Origin: Takakia lepidozioides
Taxonomy: Eukaryota > Plantae > Bryophyta
DNA length: 64,000 bases
Assembly (NCBI GenBank): GCA_030704615.1
Contig: CM060731.1
Location: 45,074,001-45,138,000 of the forward strand
Direction of reading: 5' to 3'
Under the pieces are notes generated by a model. The model saw nothing but the letters and a program-made list of their open reading frames with translations, ran no database searches and was not told where the DNA came from. Shown in pieces: positions 12,001 to 26,376 of the stretch. Each line of letters begins with the position of its first letter. Within the stretch, counting starts at the first letter, position 1. Both the position numbers and the translations under genes were made by a program.

Positions 12001-15000
12001 TATTGCTCTGGTACGGACTTTTGAACATAGCAGTTGGGTCTAATCCAATTTCTCACATTTTGAAAAAGAGACGTCCCCATGTTATCACTAAGGTTAGTTG
12101 AGTCCCCAAGTTTTCAATACTAGTTTGGTATATGTAAATCAAGCCGCGAACTGGTATCTCACTAAGACTGGTAGGTATCAAGTATCAACCTGGGTCCTGG
12201 TAGAGCCAATGAAATGGATTTAATAAATTTTTGGCAAAGAAGAGATGGCACAATGAAGTGCAACAATGGTAGTGGCGGGAGTAAAGCTTGATACAATCCG
12301 TGAGTGCCAAACATCTCCCTCTACCAGATTAACTCCAATCAGTGAAGCCTTCCACTCCAATACCATCACAAATGCGAAGCAAAACGTGGTAAGACATAGA
12401 TTTCTTCTTCTAGAATTCCGTTGAGGAATGCTGTCTTAACATCCAAGTGGAAGATTTTCCACCCCTTGTGTGCTGCCACAGCGACCATGCTTCTCAAGGT
12501 GTTCCACTTCACCACAGGAGCAAAGGTTTCCGTGTAGTCCTGCCCTTCATTCTGTTGGACTCCCTTGGCCACCAGCCTCGCTGTGAGTTTTGCTGCCGAT
12601 CCATCTGCATTTGTTTTTCCGCGGTATATCCACTTGGTGGCAATGGGCTTTCTGTCATGAGGCAGAGGAACTAATTCCCAAGTGTCGTTCTGGTATATGG
12701 ATTGAAGCTCATCGTCCATTGCCTCCTTCCACCCAGGATGCAACATGGCCATCTTGTGATCCAAAGGCAAATCGATCAATGGGATCTCTTCGGCGGCATT
12801 AATGTAATAGTCTTGAAATCTGGTGGGAATTCGACTTACTCTGCCACTCCTGGTAACTGCGGTGGGAAGGTCTTGAGTTGACGATCGTCTTTTCTGGTGC
12901 GTCTTCAACGGCACAATGGGACGAGCAGGTGGATCGAGACTGATTGGTGGCTGAATGAGGAATTCTTCAGGGTTAATGGCGATTGATCCTGCAAGACCGC
13001 TTTCCTCAATTATCCCTTCCGAAGAAACTTCCTCCGAGCCTTGAGTCCAACTTGAGTCATGTCGTGAGCGGGGGGCGGGAGTGCCACCTGAGATGCTTGG
13101 ATTTCTCCCTCATGACCTAATTGTGCAGCATCGAGAGGATGATCTCCTTCTTCCTTTCCCTCAGTCATTAGCCACTGAAATTCCTCTGATGGCTTGGAGC
13201 CAAACTTGATGATCTCAAAGAATGGAAAAATGCTCTCATCAAACTTGATGTCCTTGGTTATAAGTACATTTCTGGTCTCTCGATTATAGACTCTGAATCC
13301 CTTTGAGGTGGAGTCATAACCAAGAAAAGTGCACTCAATGGCTCGTGGAGCCCATTTTTCTCTTGCAGGTGAGGTATTCAGTACGTACGTTCGACAACCA
13401 AAAACTCGAAGGTGCCTCACTGATGGTTTGGTCCCCGTGATCCTCTCGTATGGAGTATCCCCATAGTTGGCTCGAGTGGATGATCGGTTGATTAGGTAAT
13501 TTGCAGTGTTAACTGCTTCAGACCATAAGTGAGCCGGTAGATTGCTTTCAAAAGCCATGCTTCGTGCTCGTTCCAGCAAGCTCCTGTTTTTACGTTCAGC
13601 TACTCCGTTTTGGTGTGGAGTGTGAGCTTGAGTTAGCTGTTATCACTACAAAAATTGATAAACTCGTTTGAAGTGTATTCACCTCCCCTGTCTGAGCGTA
13701 TGGCTTTGATTTTTGAGCCTCTCTGAAGTTCAACAGTAGCCTTAAATTGTTTGAACTTAGTCAGAGTCTCGCTTTTCTTCTTCAAAAAATAGAGCCAGGT
13801 ATATCGACTGAAGTCATCAGTCATGGTGAGAATATACCTCGATCCAGAAGCTGATTTGGTGGAGAAAGGTCCGCATAGGTTGTGGATTAGGGCCAGGGGC
13901 TCCTCTGTTCGTCGAGCTCCATGCTTTGGGGCCCGCTCCCGTGATTCTTTGCATGCATCGCAGATGTTTGCCCTTGCTCCCTTTTTTGGCTTTCTACACT
14001 GTTTGCCAGTGTGACATGCAATGCAGAAATGGTCTGGAATTGTGATTTGAGGTAGTCCTTCAACCTTAGCATTTGAGGCCATCAACTGCAGGCTTTTGAA
14101 GTTGACATGCCCCATCCTCCTATGCCAGAGGAGTGCGTTCTTTTCTGCTGTGTCGGCCTCAATGCTTTCAGCAACATTTATTTCAGATTTTCTGGGTGGT
14201 CTGAATTTTTAAAGGCCATTGGACCTATCCCGTTGGTCGATTGCCACCACATGGGTAGATCTCACCACATGGGTAGATGCAGACTACACTGGCTCAGTTT
14301 GGACTGCAATTTGCAGTTTTCGAATGACTGCTTGTCATATTATTCTTCACCCTATACACATAAGTATACATTCATTGCAAATGGACTTAGATGGGTTAGC
14401 CACTTACCATATGTACATGTACAGTTATTTTGGAATTTGGATGAAAACTATGGACTTTTATAGGGAATTCACTGGTGTAGGGAAGTTGTTCAGTATCCAG
14501 ACTCTGCTTGAGTCGAAGAGAACTTTGTGTTTTTTGTCAGCAATGGACTGTACTGAAAGCAAATTTTTAGGGACACATACCGAACCTTCTCAAATTTTAT
14601 TGCTCCAGCTACAGTGGGAATCTTCACATTGCCCTTTCCCTTTACAGGGAGAGCTTCTCCCCCAGCAGTGTTGATGTTGGAGCTACCACCCTTCTCATAT
14701 TCACAGAGTAGGTTTTTCTGACTAGTGACATGCTTGGAGGCACCACTATCTATGAATCATTCTGCATCAATCTTCTGATCATCCTCACCCTCATCGTCAC
14801 TTGTAAAATTATCTACAAGGCTAGCAACAATATTAACAGTTAATTTCTCCTTGCGGTTTGCCTTGCGCTTCGCCAGTTCGGTAGCTAGCTCAGGGCAATT
14901 GCGCATCCAGTGGTCCGCCTTGCCCCGCAGTAGTGACACTCGCCCTTCTTCTTGTCACTCGTAGCACCCGATTCAGTTTTGCGGCTGGTCAGATTGCGCT

Positions 15001-15732
15001 TGTTATGCCCCTTGACGAGCAGTGCTTCTCGTGCTTAATTTCACGTCTTATGTCATCCTGCATGAGAATAATCATCAGTTCTGCTACAGAGGGCAGATTG
15101 TTGCGATACATGATGCTATTGACGAGATCTTCGAAGGTCTCAGGCAGGGCCATCAAGACATATTCCACGATTTCGGAGTCATTTACAAATTCTCCGATGC
15201 ATGCTAGCTCGTCAATAGCTCCTTCAACTTTGTGAGGAACTCGGTCATCGATCCAGTGTCTTCTTCAAACTTCAGATTGACCAGCCTCCTCCTGAGCAAC
15301 AAACGTCGTGAGTTCGTGTTGCTAGCAAACATCTCCTTCAAGATTGCCCAATAGTGGTGAGTTCGGTGATATTGGCCAGATGCGGAATTATATTGTCTTT
15401 CACAGACAAAGCAATCATCGTTAGTGCCTTCTGTCTGCGCACTTTGAGAGCAACCATCTCTTCGTCTGTTGTTGGGTTCAACGTTCTTCGTGTAGGCTCA
15501 CCACCTCCCACAGGTCTTCTCGTGTAAGCATGTTCTTGAGCTTGAAGCTCCAGACACTGTAGTTCTGGGCTCCTTTTAGCTTGGAAGCATCGCCAACTGA
15601 AAACTCTCTGAAACTCATGGTGGTTTGAGATTGTGGAGCTGAGCTCAACACAGATAGTCTACTTCTACTGTCCCCCTGCAGCTAAGTCTGACAGTTTCCT
15701 CTAGAAACGAACTTTGCTGCACTTGATCACTC

Positions 15733-15745
15733 GGCTCTGATACCA
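15733..15745 (-). promoter_or_regulatory. Copia primer-binding site (initiator tRNA-Met)
   Basis: TGGTATCAGAGCC on the - strand, directly after the LTR-terminal CA. Confidence 0.9.
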
Positions 15746-16014
15746 TGTAGAGATCGTTGTATGGGAGGAATAGAAGTAGATTGCTTCATTCACGTAATTC
15801 CCAAATATATGCAGTGGCCCCACAACTTTGCTTTGACTGTTTATACCCCCCCCCCCACTATCTAAAGTTGTATGCACCATGAATACTCCTGCTCTGTAAA
15901 TCCAGTACTTCAGTACATCTCTTAGTCCTAGTAGGGGGTCATGCTTCATCATTAGCATGTAACTAATCTAACCGGTGGGTCAATTACAATACCCTAGATG
16001 AATCTGATGTAACA
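15746..16014 (-). repeat. Copia 5' LTR (outer end 16014 or 16017)
   Basis: TGTTAC...CTACA termini, internal TATAAA, abuts the PBS. No second LTR is available to confirm the outer boundary. Confidence 0.65.
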
Positions 16015-16355
16015 ACAATCACAAGGTGATGAACAACAAGAGCCGGGTATAAAGCTGGTCTCGGCAACCTCAAGCATTGCATGGTATTGATCAGGTTGAT
16101 ACTTCATGCCGGACCGGATGTTCATAGTTCATGACCCAATAGCAGACCAACATTGGACTAATTGCTAAGCGGCACAACACATTGATGGTTGTGTGAAGGG
16201 CTTCCTGAACTAATTGATTATGAAAAGGAAGGTTCTTCTACTGGAACAATTTAGAGAGGTTGAAATAGGGAGGTTGTAATAAAGCACATTAATATTTACA
16301 AAACGGCACTTACACACAGCATCCAATTCTTTCACGCGAGCTGTTGGAGTCATAA

Positions 16356-19300
16356 GGGGAGGAAGGATGGCGGAGCCCTGGTTTGGAGCTCCGCATTTCG
16401 CGGTGAGTAGAGCGGCAGGACTTAGAATGTTTTCTAAGAGCCGCGCTCTCACAGCGTGCGCTTCCGCGCTCAGCCTACTGCCTCGAGTGTGCTACACGTC
16501 CTAATCAAGCCAGTGTGCTTCCTCCTCGTCTTGCAAAAGGATAAGCCCTGCTTTGCTGGCTCTTTGCATGGTAAGGATGATTATTTTGACTTGATGATTG
16601 TGTTACTTCATGCATGTGACCTGTACCATCCAGCCCCCTCCCTTGGCGGCGCATTACGCCGTTTTCGTCCCTCTCATGGACTGCAGTCTGTGAGCAGATC
16701 AGTCTTCCCCCTCCCATTTGGTTTTCCCGGACCCTTGCGTGCGCGCACCTTCAAGCCTCTCTGACATAGCGGTCTTTTGCATTTGCTGGCAAAAGTTCAT
16801 CCCAGCTTGTCGTCTTCTGCCAGCCGAATTGTGTTTCGGCGCAATTAAGATTTCTCTTGTCTCCCCCGCCACGCTGCTGCTCTCTCGCTCCCCCACATTG
16901 TCTGCTCTGGCAGCCCCTCTTGCTGGCTCTCTCGTCACTTGCCGTTTAGGTGTAGTGTCAGACCTTGCTGACCCTCTTCTTCTCATGCGTAGCTGGGAGA
17001 CTTTAATTTTTTCCGGCTCTATTCAAATCTCAAGCTCCTAGAGGATTAATAGGACTGCAGCTCTTGCCGGGCGCCCTCCGCAGCCGCTCAAGCCATCTCA
17101 AATTCTAGCTCCTCAGCGCATTGGCCGCCCTTGAAAGAGCACATAAGGATACTTCGAACAAGCCCTTGGCGCTTCCCTGCTTGCTCGCTACTTCTTCTTT
17201 TTCTCCCTGTTTTAGACGGTGAGTCCCTGGACGAGCGAGCTCCCATAGCCCCTCATGGCCTCTCGTGGTGCCCCCCGCAGGAAGCGCTCGGGTTCTGGCT
17301 CTAGTGCAAGAGGAAGAGGCAACTGGATTCCCTGTTCCACGGCCTCTGTTCCAAGCTCCATCTTGGGCAAAGGACCCGAAATTGCGGCTCCGTTGCAGAT
17401 TGCTGACCTCTCCCCGTGGGCTGAATTGGTAGTCCCAGAATCAGATTCGCAGGAGATTATCTCGCTTGACCTTGAATGTCTGAGAGCACACTCAGATTAA
17501 AATGATGCAGCATGGGTTCTAATCCATTTCCCGGGGCGGCCCAGAGACAAAGATTGGACAAGGAAATGGGTTTCTGAGCACATTGGTTCCGAAGGAGGGC
17601 TATCACACCACTTCTGCCACCCTGTGGGTAGGATTTTACTCGGTGAAATTTGGATCCAGAGCAGATGCTGACAGAGCCATGGCGTTTAACACTCGCAAAT
17701 CTCGTTTCAAAGTTCACATCTTCCCGTGTTCTCCAGCTTGGGGTCACAAAGAAGGGGCAACATTCAAACCGAGAATCATCGCCCTCCCTTTCCTCCCAGA
17801 CAACTACTTGGCATCCTTGCCTGAAATAGGAGCCCATTTCGGTTCCTACATTGGGAGCATCAATGTGTTTGATCCCATAGATGATGCAGTTTGATCAGGA
17901 CCCAGATCTTTTTGACTCAAGCAAGGATAGCGGTGTGCCCAAGATAGTGGTTATGATGTCCGACACGGCCAAAATTAATAATGCGATCAGGCGCCTACGT
18001 TGGATGGTTCATACATCTCTATGCAAATTAAACAAGAGGTCCTAAGTATCGTGTGCTTCGGATGCAACGGGGAAGGACACATCAAGGCGGATTGTCCTCA
18101 CAGAGAGAAAGGCGAGGGGAAGGCAAATGTGCCCCTGGCTCCCAAATCGACAGTGGCACCAGCTGCTCCTGCTCCTGCAGCCAGGCCCCCCTCACCATTG
18201 CGTTCCATAGATGTCATCACCGCTCTGGCCTCGCTCCCCACGCACGCTGACGGACGAGCGGCCAAAAGAAAAAGAACGGGCTTGCCCTCTGTGTCGTCTC
18301 CCCCGCCTCGTCCACGGCTCGTACTGTTGCCTCGTGATCAAGGAAGTCCCGCCCATCATCCTCCGGCAGTATTTGACTTCTGTCCGTTATCCAACTCCTT
18401 AGAAGATCCTCTGACAAACTTGACAACAAGGTGCCTCAAGTTGAGATCTTTTCTCATCTAAAGCTATGTGATTGGACCCCAGACAGTGCTGTAAGAAAAA
18501 ACTTGGCGGTTGTGAAAATCACCCCAATCATCTACGGGCAAATTAATGGGCCAGCAAAACCCCCTCGATTCTGCCGAGAAATGGACTGGAAGGCTTGGCA
18601 GGAGCATGGATCACTACATTTCATGCTACGCACTATTCAGCATCCAGGGAGGTGGAGCTCTCTCTGAAGCTAATTGGGAATATCAATGCGGAACAACCAT
18701 TCCATTTTCATCTTTCAAATGAAACCATCGTCCATTTTGGTGCAATTTGGGAAAACTCGGCAGAGTATGAGGAGGCCTCTACTGTCCATACCTTGCTTGC
18801 TATTCGGTGGGAGGACATTGTCAGAGATGTAGGAACGGCAAAAGACTTCAGCTGGCTCACCAGAAGGGAACTCTTTGATGGCTCGCTTGGAGGCTTCCCC
18901 ATAAGCAGCAAGATTCCATTTGCAGGCTTCATCCTGGTGAATGCCATCCTGGTCTCGGCCTCATCTCCAACCCCGTCACCCAAAGCCCGCAGAGAAGCAG
19001 AGGTTGGATTTCTCCCATTTGTCAACACCACAGAGGCAGCCAGGCTCTCTCCCTACGCACCGCCGCTCTCGCCCTCCCTGGTAAGCTATGCTTTCTCTGC
19101 GTGCCCCCTGTTTATATGTTGTCTCCAATCCAAGTTGGCTCAAAGATGTCAGATTCTTTTTAGGGTATGCCGCATTGGACGGCTCCTACCCCATCTGCTC
19201 TTAAGCCTGGATCAGGTTGACCACTCAAAAGTTTATATGCTTCAATATGCTTGTGGGACGGGCTTTGGGAAGATTATTCGGAATCCATGGTATATTACTC

Positions 19301-22300
19301 GAAAGAAAAGACAGTTCAGGGCCTTGCTTGATGAGAGAAGAGTAAAAAAGAATGACAATATCCAGGATGGAATCATTAAACTCTCCTCTAAGCTCTCCTC
19401 TATCCCCTCCCCTCCTCATGGCTTGTCTGGGGTGTCCTCCCTCCCTCCAAGTCATAGGAGATCCGTCTTCCACTATGCTTCTCCAGGGCCATCATTTCGA
19501 GACTTGGTCTCGACTTCCCACTCTCATGTTCTTTAACATTAGATCTTGGAACATTAGGGGAATAGGATCTGATGCCTCCGCCCCCAAAAGTTCCAAGCTG
19601 AAGTGTTGGGCATCTTCTCTCTTTTCTGACAACACCATTATATTCTTACAAGAGCACAAGCTGAGCACAAGCTCAATGACTTAAAGAATTCCACTTTGGG
19701 ACAATCGTTCTGACCCTCTAATCTGGCTTGGTGGAACAGAACGGTGGAAAATTCCAGAGGCGGTACTGCGGTGCTGGTCTCCCCAAATCTGGCTCCACAC
19801 ATATCCAATGTCCACTCGTGGATGGTCGGCAGAGCTCAATTTTGCTTACTCTCCATGCCAGGTGCGGGTACCAAAATTGGTCTAATCAATATTTATGCTC
19901 CCAATATTGTGGCTGAACGAATCTCTTTTTGGCAAATGTTGCAGTCCAAAGTCCTTCAATCCCCCGACATTGACCAATGGATCTTGGCTGGGCATTTCAA
20001 TATGACAGATAGATCTGCTGATAGGCTTGTCCTATCCTCAGCCAATCTCACACCGGAAGAGCTCAATGCCTGGGACGCCTTCTGCTGGTCAGTTGGCTTC
20101 ATAGACATCTCCATCCCCGGAGAAAATGGGCTGAAGTTTACCTGGTCTAACTGTAGATCTCCCCCAGACTTACTGATGTCTAGGCTGGATAGGATCTATT
20201 GCACAAGTGGGATTATACCTTGGGCTGAATCCCATCCATTGGGACCGGTGCTCCCAGATTTTGACCATGCAGAGGTTGCGGCTCTTTTTGCTCAGCCTGG
20301 CTCTCACTCCAAAGGGAGAGGTTATTTCAAGCTTAACCCCTCCATTCTAAAATCCCAAGCCGTGGTCAATGTCCTAGCTGGAGTCTGGTCCTCCTCTGGT
20401 AATATGTATGAGTCCTCTCAAAGCTGGAAGCTACGAGAGACGTAAAATCTCAAGAAATATCTAGAAAGCTAGCAAGGGCTCTGTCCCAAAGGGAAAAGTC
20501 ATTGCTTAAGTGCCTACAGCTTTGTCAGCAACTCTTAGAGAACGGGGATGAAGGTCCAAGCACTCAGGCTAGCTACAACAGGGCGAAGTCAAATCTCTGG
20601 AAAATTAGACAAGAGAAAGACAACGCCCTAAGAATTAAGGCTGGTGTGAATTGGTCCTTGAAAGGTGAAAAAATGACTAAGTATTTTTTTATTAAAGCAA
20701 AACAAAGGCGCATGGCATCTGCCATTGCTTCTCTCACCAGGCCAGACGGTTCCTCTTCTGCTGTTCCAAAAGATATGGCTCTACTGGCAGAGCAACACTT
20801 TGCCTCCCTTTTTTCTAGGAGAGTATCCTCGCCGGAGAAGGAGCAGGCTGCTGATGAAATTCTGCAGAGCATCCCCTCGCTCTTATGTGAAGAGGAAAAA
20901 AGTGAGCTTGCTGCCCCTCTCACTGATTCAGAGCTAAAGAAGGCCCTGCAATCCCTTCAATCTGGTAAAATGCCTGGAATGGATGGGATGCCGATTGAAT
21001 TTCTTAAGGCCCTCTGGTCTACTGTAGTAGAAGATTTCGTGGCCCTGGCCAAGGATATCCTCATGAAAGGCATAATGCCATCGCAGCTGTCTATGGGTCT
21101 TATTACTCTGATCTTTAAAAAAGGGGACAGGAGCCAGCTTTCTAACTACAGACCGATTACTCTCTTGAACACCACTTATAAGATTATTGCCAAAGCATTA
21201 GCGCTAAGGCTCCAACCTGTTCTCTCCAGGGTCATAAGGCTAGAGCAAAAAGGCTTCCTCAAGGGGAGAATGATCTTAGACAATCTCCTACTCATCCATG
21301 AGGCAATGCATAAAGCTAAAATTTCAGAGCAGCCTCTGGCTATTTTAATGCTGGACTTTGAAAAAGCCTTTGACAATATTGACTGGAGCTTCTTGCACAA
21401 GGTCCTGGAAAAAATTGGGATGCTTGAGACTTTCTCAAAATGGGTAAAAATCCTTCTCTCTTCAGCATCGAGCAAGGTTGTCGTTAATGGAGCTATCTCT
21501 AAACCTTTTGCTCTATTCAGGTCTGTAAGGCAAGGCTGTCCCCTCGCGCCTTACCTCTTCCTCATTGCAGCAGATGCATTGGGTCACTACCTGAGCTCTA
21601 GACATGACATTGTAGGTCTACAAGTGTCGGGAGACTCAGCGGTAAAGTTGTCTATGTATGCTGATGATACTACCCTCCTGTTGAACAATGAGAATCCCCT
21701 CAACATCAGTAGAGCTTGCAAAGCAGTCCAACTGTTCTGTGATGCCTCTGGTTTAAAGGTTAATTGGAATAAGTCTGTAGGGCTGCTCACTGAACTCTCT
21801 CCCAATGCCTCCAAATGCCACGGCCCTGCTTGGGGTCAGGAGCTGGGACTCAGGTGGCTCCAGCCTGGATCTGCTCATACCCTGCTGGGTTTTCAGGTTG
21901 GCATTGGGCTCTCAAAGGAGCAGAGATTTGAGCCCATCCTTAGAAGGCTACGTAATAAGTTAGCTTTCTGGAGCTCCGCAATGTTATCAGTGGCAGGAAG
22001 GGCTCTAGTGCTTAATCAAATATTACTAGCATCTGGTTCTTGGCTTCGGTATGGTCCCCAGGTTCAAAGCTAGTCGTCAAGATTAAAGCTATGATGCGTA
22101 ACTTCCTCTGGGGGGCCACGCCGACTTCCCCCACTAAAAGAGCGCTGGTCTCTTGGTCCCAGCTCTACAGTCCCCGAAAAGAAGGTGGTCTTGGGATTAT
22201 AGACCTGGCCCTGCAGATTGTTGCCCTCCTAGCTAAATGGGTTCCCAGGGTTCTACGTTATGGAAACAGTTCATGGTGCTTACTCGTAAGAGAGCATCTA

Positions 22301-24238
22301 GTACAAGCGGTGCCCTCCACTTCCAATTCTTGGGCTCATTCCTCGAAATGGCTTGTCCAGGGGCCTTGCAAAACCAAAGGCAAAGGCTCTAATGCCTGGA
22401 ACTCCATTTGGGCTGCTTGGAATGCTTTCAGACCACATCTCGCCCAAAAAAAGCCCACGTGTTTTGAGGAAGCTGTGCGCCTGCCATTATTTGGAAATCA
22501 GAACTTAGGACATGTGCCCCTGACTGTTCTAAGCAAAAAATGGGCAACCTGGGAATCTAAGGGGCTTTCACATGTGGCAAATGTGTGGGAGAATGGAGAT
22601 TTTCTTGACCCTGCTCTGCTCTCCACCCTGCTGTCATCCTCCTCTATTCGTAGTGGGTGGGAGCATGTCAGACAGGGAGTCATGAATATTCTACCTCTCT
22701 TAACAGGCGATGGATGCAATGCCAGTACCCTCCCCTGTTGGTTTGGCAGTTACAGGGAAAACCTGCCCATAGCCCTCTTGGCCGTTGAATCCAGAGATGA
22801 CCAGTGGCTTGGCCCTGTCTTCCACTACTTCGAAGGTGGCCTTCTTTCACTCCAGGGCTCAGGGCAGCTCCATCATGAAGTGGCCCTTAAGATTAGAGTG
22901 TTTGAGACTCTCACAGGTAAGCCTGATCCCAAGCCCCCACCTGGGCAAGAGCTCTGTTGGGCAGCCAGGACGCCACTGCTTTGGTTCCTGCGTTTCCCTT
23001 TGAGCAGATTACAAGTAGACCCAGGAGAATGGACTTGGAAAAACACCTCCAATACTCCATTTTTGGGCTACACGGTCAAAACAGGTTATAGACTACTGCT
23101 TGGGAAATCAGATTTTAAGTCTAAATGGAACGGGAAATGGTCTTTGCAGCTGCAAGACCAAGGATGGAGTAGTGTTTGGAAGGACATATGGGCAAAGCAT
23201 AGATCTGCCAAAATCAGTGTTTTTTTGTGGAAAATTGCCAAAAGGATCCTCCCAGTAGCTATCTCCATACCTGATATTGACCCAGCCTGCAAATCATGCC
23301 AGAATGGAAGAAGTGAAATGATAGAGCACTGTTTGATTCACTGTCCGGTTTCTGCCAGGGTTTGGCACTATGTCAGGAATTTCTTTTCTAATTGGGGGAC
23401 TCTACCCTCTTTAGCTCCGAACCTTCTGCTACGCAATCTGCACAATGTTTCTTCATGGTCCAATTGCCCAGTATGGATGACCCTTAGAGCTCTCTCTCTC
23501 TGGTCTATATGGAAGGCTACATGCTCCTTAGTTTTTCAGGGAAAATGCCCCAATTGATGTCAGATCCATTCTCTACAAAATATGTGGATTTGATGATTGA
23601 GGGCAAAAAAGCATGGATGACTTTGATTGCAGCAGCCAGCAGGTGTAGTGAAAGAAGGTGCCAGCAGCTTTACTCGGACTTCGACCTCTCCTGGGCAAAA
23701 GGCAACACCCTGTGCACTAGGCTATCGGAATCCAGAGTCCAATGGAATGACGACATCCCCCGGGATTGGCAAATCGCCAGCTGACTCCGAAGCACCAGAC
23801 ATCAATTGGCGAAATCAGAAACTGAGCTCCTCCAAATCGAAAGCACATCTGGATTTTGGGAGTGGCAGCCAGTAGTGTGCCTCAAAAAGTGGGCGCAATA
23901 GGACCAGACAGTTTAGTTATCTGGACAGTTGCCGCCTACCTACTTAGATGAAGCTTTTGAACCTTAATGCTTTCTGCGCTGGTCTTTTCTCCTCGTGATC
24001 TTGTTTTGTGAAAGTTGTCACTTATCTCCTAGTTCTGCTAGGCGGACTTATCCAGCTTCTCCCCCTCGTCCCTAAGTGCTCTGGGTGTTCCCCATGCGAT
24101 ACGCCTTCACGGCATTCCTGGAGGTTATTTTTTCCTCCGCGGTGTTCTTCCCCTTTTTTTTCATTAATAAAATTCCCCAGGGCCCTTGTCCCCTATTCGG
24201 GGGAAAATAAATAAATAAAATAAGTAAAAAATAAAAAA
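16356..24238 (+). mobile_element. L1/Tx1-type LINE, apparently full length, both ORFs disrupted
   Basis: ORF1 from 17255 with CX2CX4HX4C knuckle (CFGCNGEGHIKADC). ORF2 19526-23784 with APE (SWNIRG, FLQEHKL, SRLDRIY), RT (LDFEKAFD, RQGCPLAP, YADD) and C-terminal zf-RVT. A-rich tail 24204-24238; candidate TSD TCATAA at 16350-16355 and 24239-24244. Confidence 0.9.
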
Positions 24239-26153
24239 TCATAATGTCAATACCATATACTTGCAAAAAATCCGATGCAAGTACAACTAGTACATATGCG
24301 ATATTGTCTCTCAAAAATAACCTCTATCTCAAGTCTAAAAAGGCTATACATATATTTTGTTGTATTATCTTAGCTTCCAATCACATTAGTATTTCCTTAT
24401 GATTACCTTATGATCCTATGATCAATACATGAAGTGTTTGTTTGTTTGTTTGTCTTGTTTTGTTTTGTTTTGTTTTGTAGTGTTGAGATGTCTGAAACCG
24501 CGAGGCCCCGGCGCTACTTGGTACCGTTGGAAAGCCCTCGATGAGGGGGGGTGCACCGGCTTGGTCTCATGATTTTTGGACATGCGGTGTGGGAGATACG
24601 GAATTTTATTTTTGGTCGCTGGAAATTCGTGAAACATAGCTAAGTGGGCATTATTGGGACAATGGTTGGGGCCTCGACATGAGAGATATCAAGGAAAAGG
24701 TCTCCGGTTCAAATCTGGTCGTAGGTTTTGTGGAAAAAATAATGATTAGACTTAGATGGCTTAGATGACATTGGACACTTGGGCCAACGACATAGGCTAC
24801 CCTAGATACGGGAGATATATCAATAATGATTGGATATTACTACTCAATAAATTCATGAAAAAAAAAAAATGGGGCCTTGACCTGAGATGTCCTTGGATAC
24901 ATAGGAGATTGCACACTGGGCTTAGATGGGCCTCGACATAGGAGACGTACATGGGAGACGCACTTAGATACATAGGGCTTAAATGACAGTGGACACTTGG
25001 GCCTCTATATGGGAGATACACTTGGATACATAGAAGATTGCACTTGGGCTTAGATGGGCCTCGACATAGGAGACGCACAGGGATACATAGGAAATTGCAC
25101 TTGGTCTTAGATTTCAATTTTTCAATCATGGGCCAACGGCATAGGCTACACTAGAGGTCGCACTTGGTCCTCGACATAGGAGACGCACTAGGATACATAG
25201 AAGATCTTACACTTGGGCTTAGATGACATTGGATACTTGGGCCAACGGCACAGGCTACCCTAGAGGTTGCATTTGGGCCTCGACATAGGAGACGCACTTG
25301 GATACATAGGAAATTGTACTTGATTTTAGACTTCAATTCTACACACATGGCCAACGGCATAGGCTACACTAGAGTTTGCACTTGGGCCTCTACATGGGAG
25401 ACGCACTTGGATACATAGAAGATTGCACTTGGGCTTAGATTTCAATTTTTCACACATGGGCCAATGGCACAGGCTACCCTAGATCTCCCAAAGAGTGGGG
25501 TCTTTGGATACATAGGGGATTGCCCTTGGAGATAGATGACATTGGACACTTGGACCAACAGCACATGCTACACTAGAGGTCGCACTTGGGCCTCGACATA
25601 GGAGACGCACTGGGATACATAGGGGATTGCACTTGAATTTAGATGACATTGAACACTTGGGCCAATAGCACAGGCTACCCTAGAGACGGATACATAGAAG
25701 ATTGCACTTAGGCTTAAATTAATGGCCTCGACATAAAAGACGCACTTACCTACATAGGAAATTGCACTTGGTCTTAGATTTCACACATAAGCCAAAGGCG
25801 TAGGCTACACTTGAGGTCACACTTGTGCCTCAACACAAGAGACTCACTTACGTATGAAATTATACTTGGTCTTAGATTTCAATTCGTCACACACATGGGC
25901 CAAATACACATGCTACCCTAGACGTCGTACTTGGGCCTCGACATAGAAGACGTAGTGGGATACATAGAAGATCTTACACTTGGGCTTAGATGACAGTGGA
26001 CCCTTGGGCGTAGATGACACAAGACACTTGGGCCAACGGCACAAGCCACCCTAGAAAAGCCCTCGACGAGGAGGGGTGCATGGGCTTGGTCTCATGAGTT
26101 TTGGACCTGTGGTGTAGGAGATATGCAATTTCAAGTACTAATTTGGGTCGTTG

Positions 26154-26337
26154 CACTACGGGAAACGGGGGGGGTTTGCGACGCCACAGCCACGCCGCGG
26201 CGTCGGGGAGGGGGGGAAACCCAAATTTGCGATGACCGAGCGTCGCAAGCCCGTCGCAAAAAAAACGTCGCAAATTTGCGACCAATGGGGGTCGCAAATA
26301 GGCGAAACCGCGATTTGCGACATCCGGGCGTCAGAGG

Positions 26338-26376
<39 letters not shown>

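Larger units (their letters stand above)
12380..16014 (-). mobile_element. Ty1/Copia LTR retrotransposon, decayed and truncated within RT
   Basis: Gag start at 15618 (MSFREF...KLKGAQNYSVWSFKLK), zinc knuckle, protease DSGASKHVT, integrase IRSDRGGEYTS, RT WKIFHLDVKTAFLNG, in Copia order. Multiple frameshifts; no RNase H or 3' LTR seen. Confidence 0.93.

Noticed and set aside
12181-16103. 12-bp inverted match flanking the Copia (AGTATCAACCTG / CAGGTTGATACT), suggesting a host MITE
   Set aside because: Too short, and no termini or TSD could be defined.
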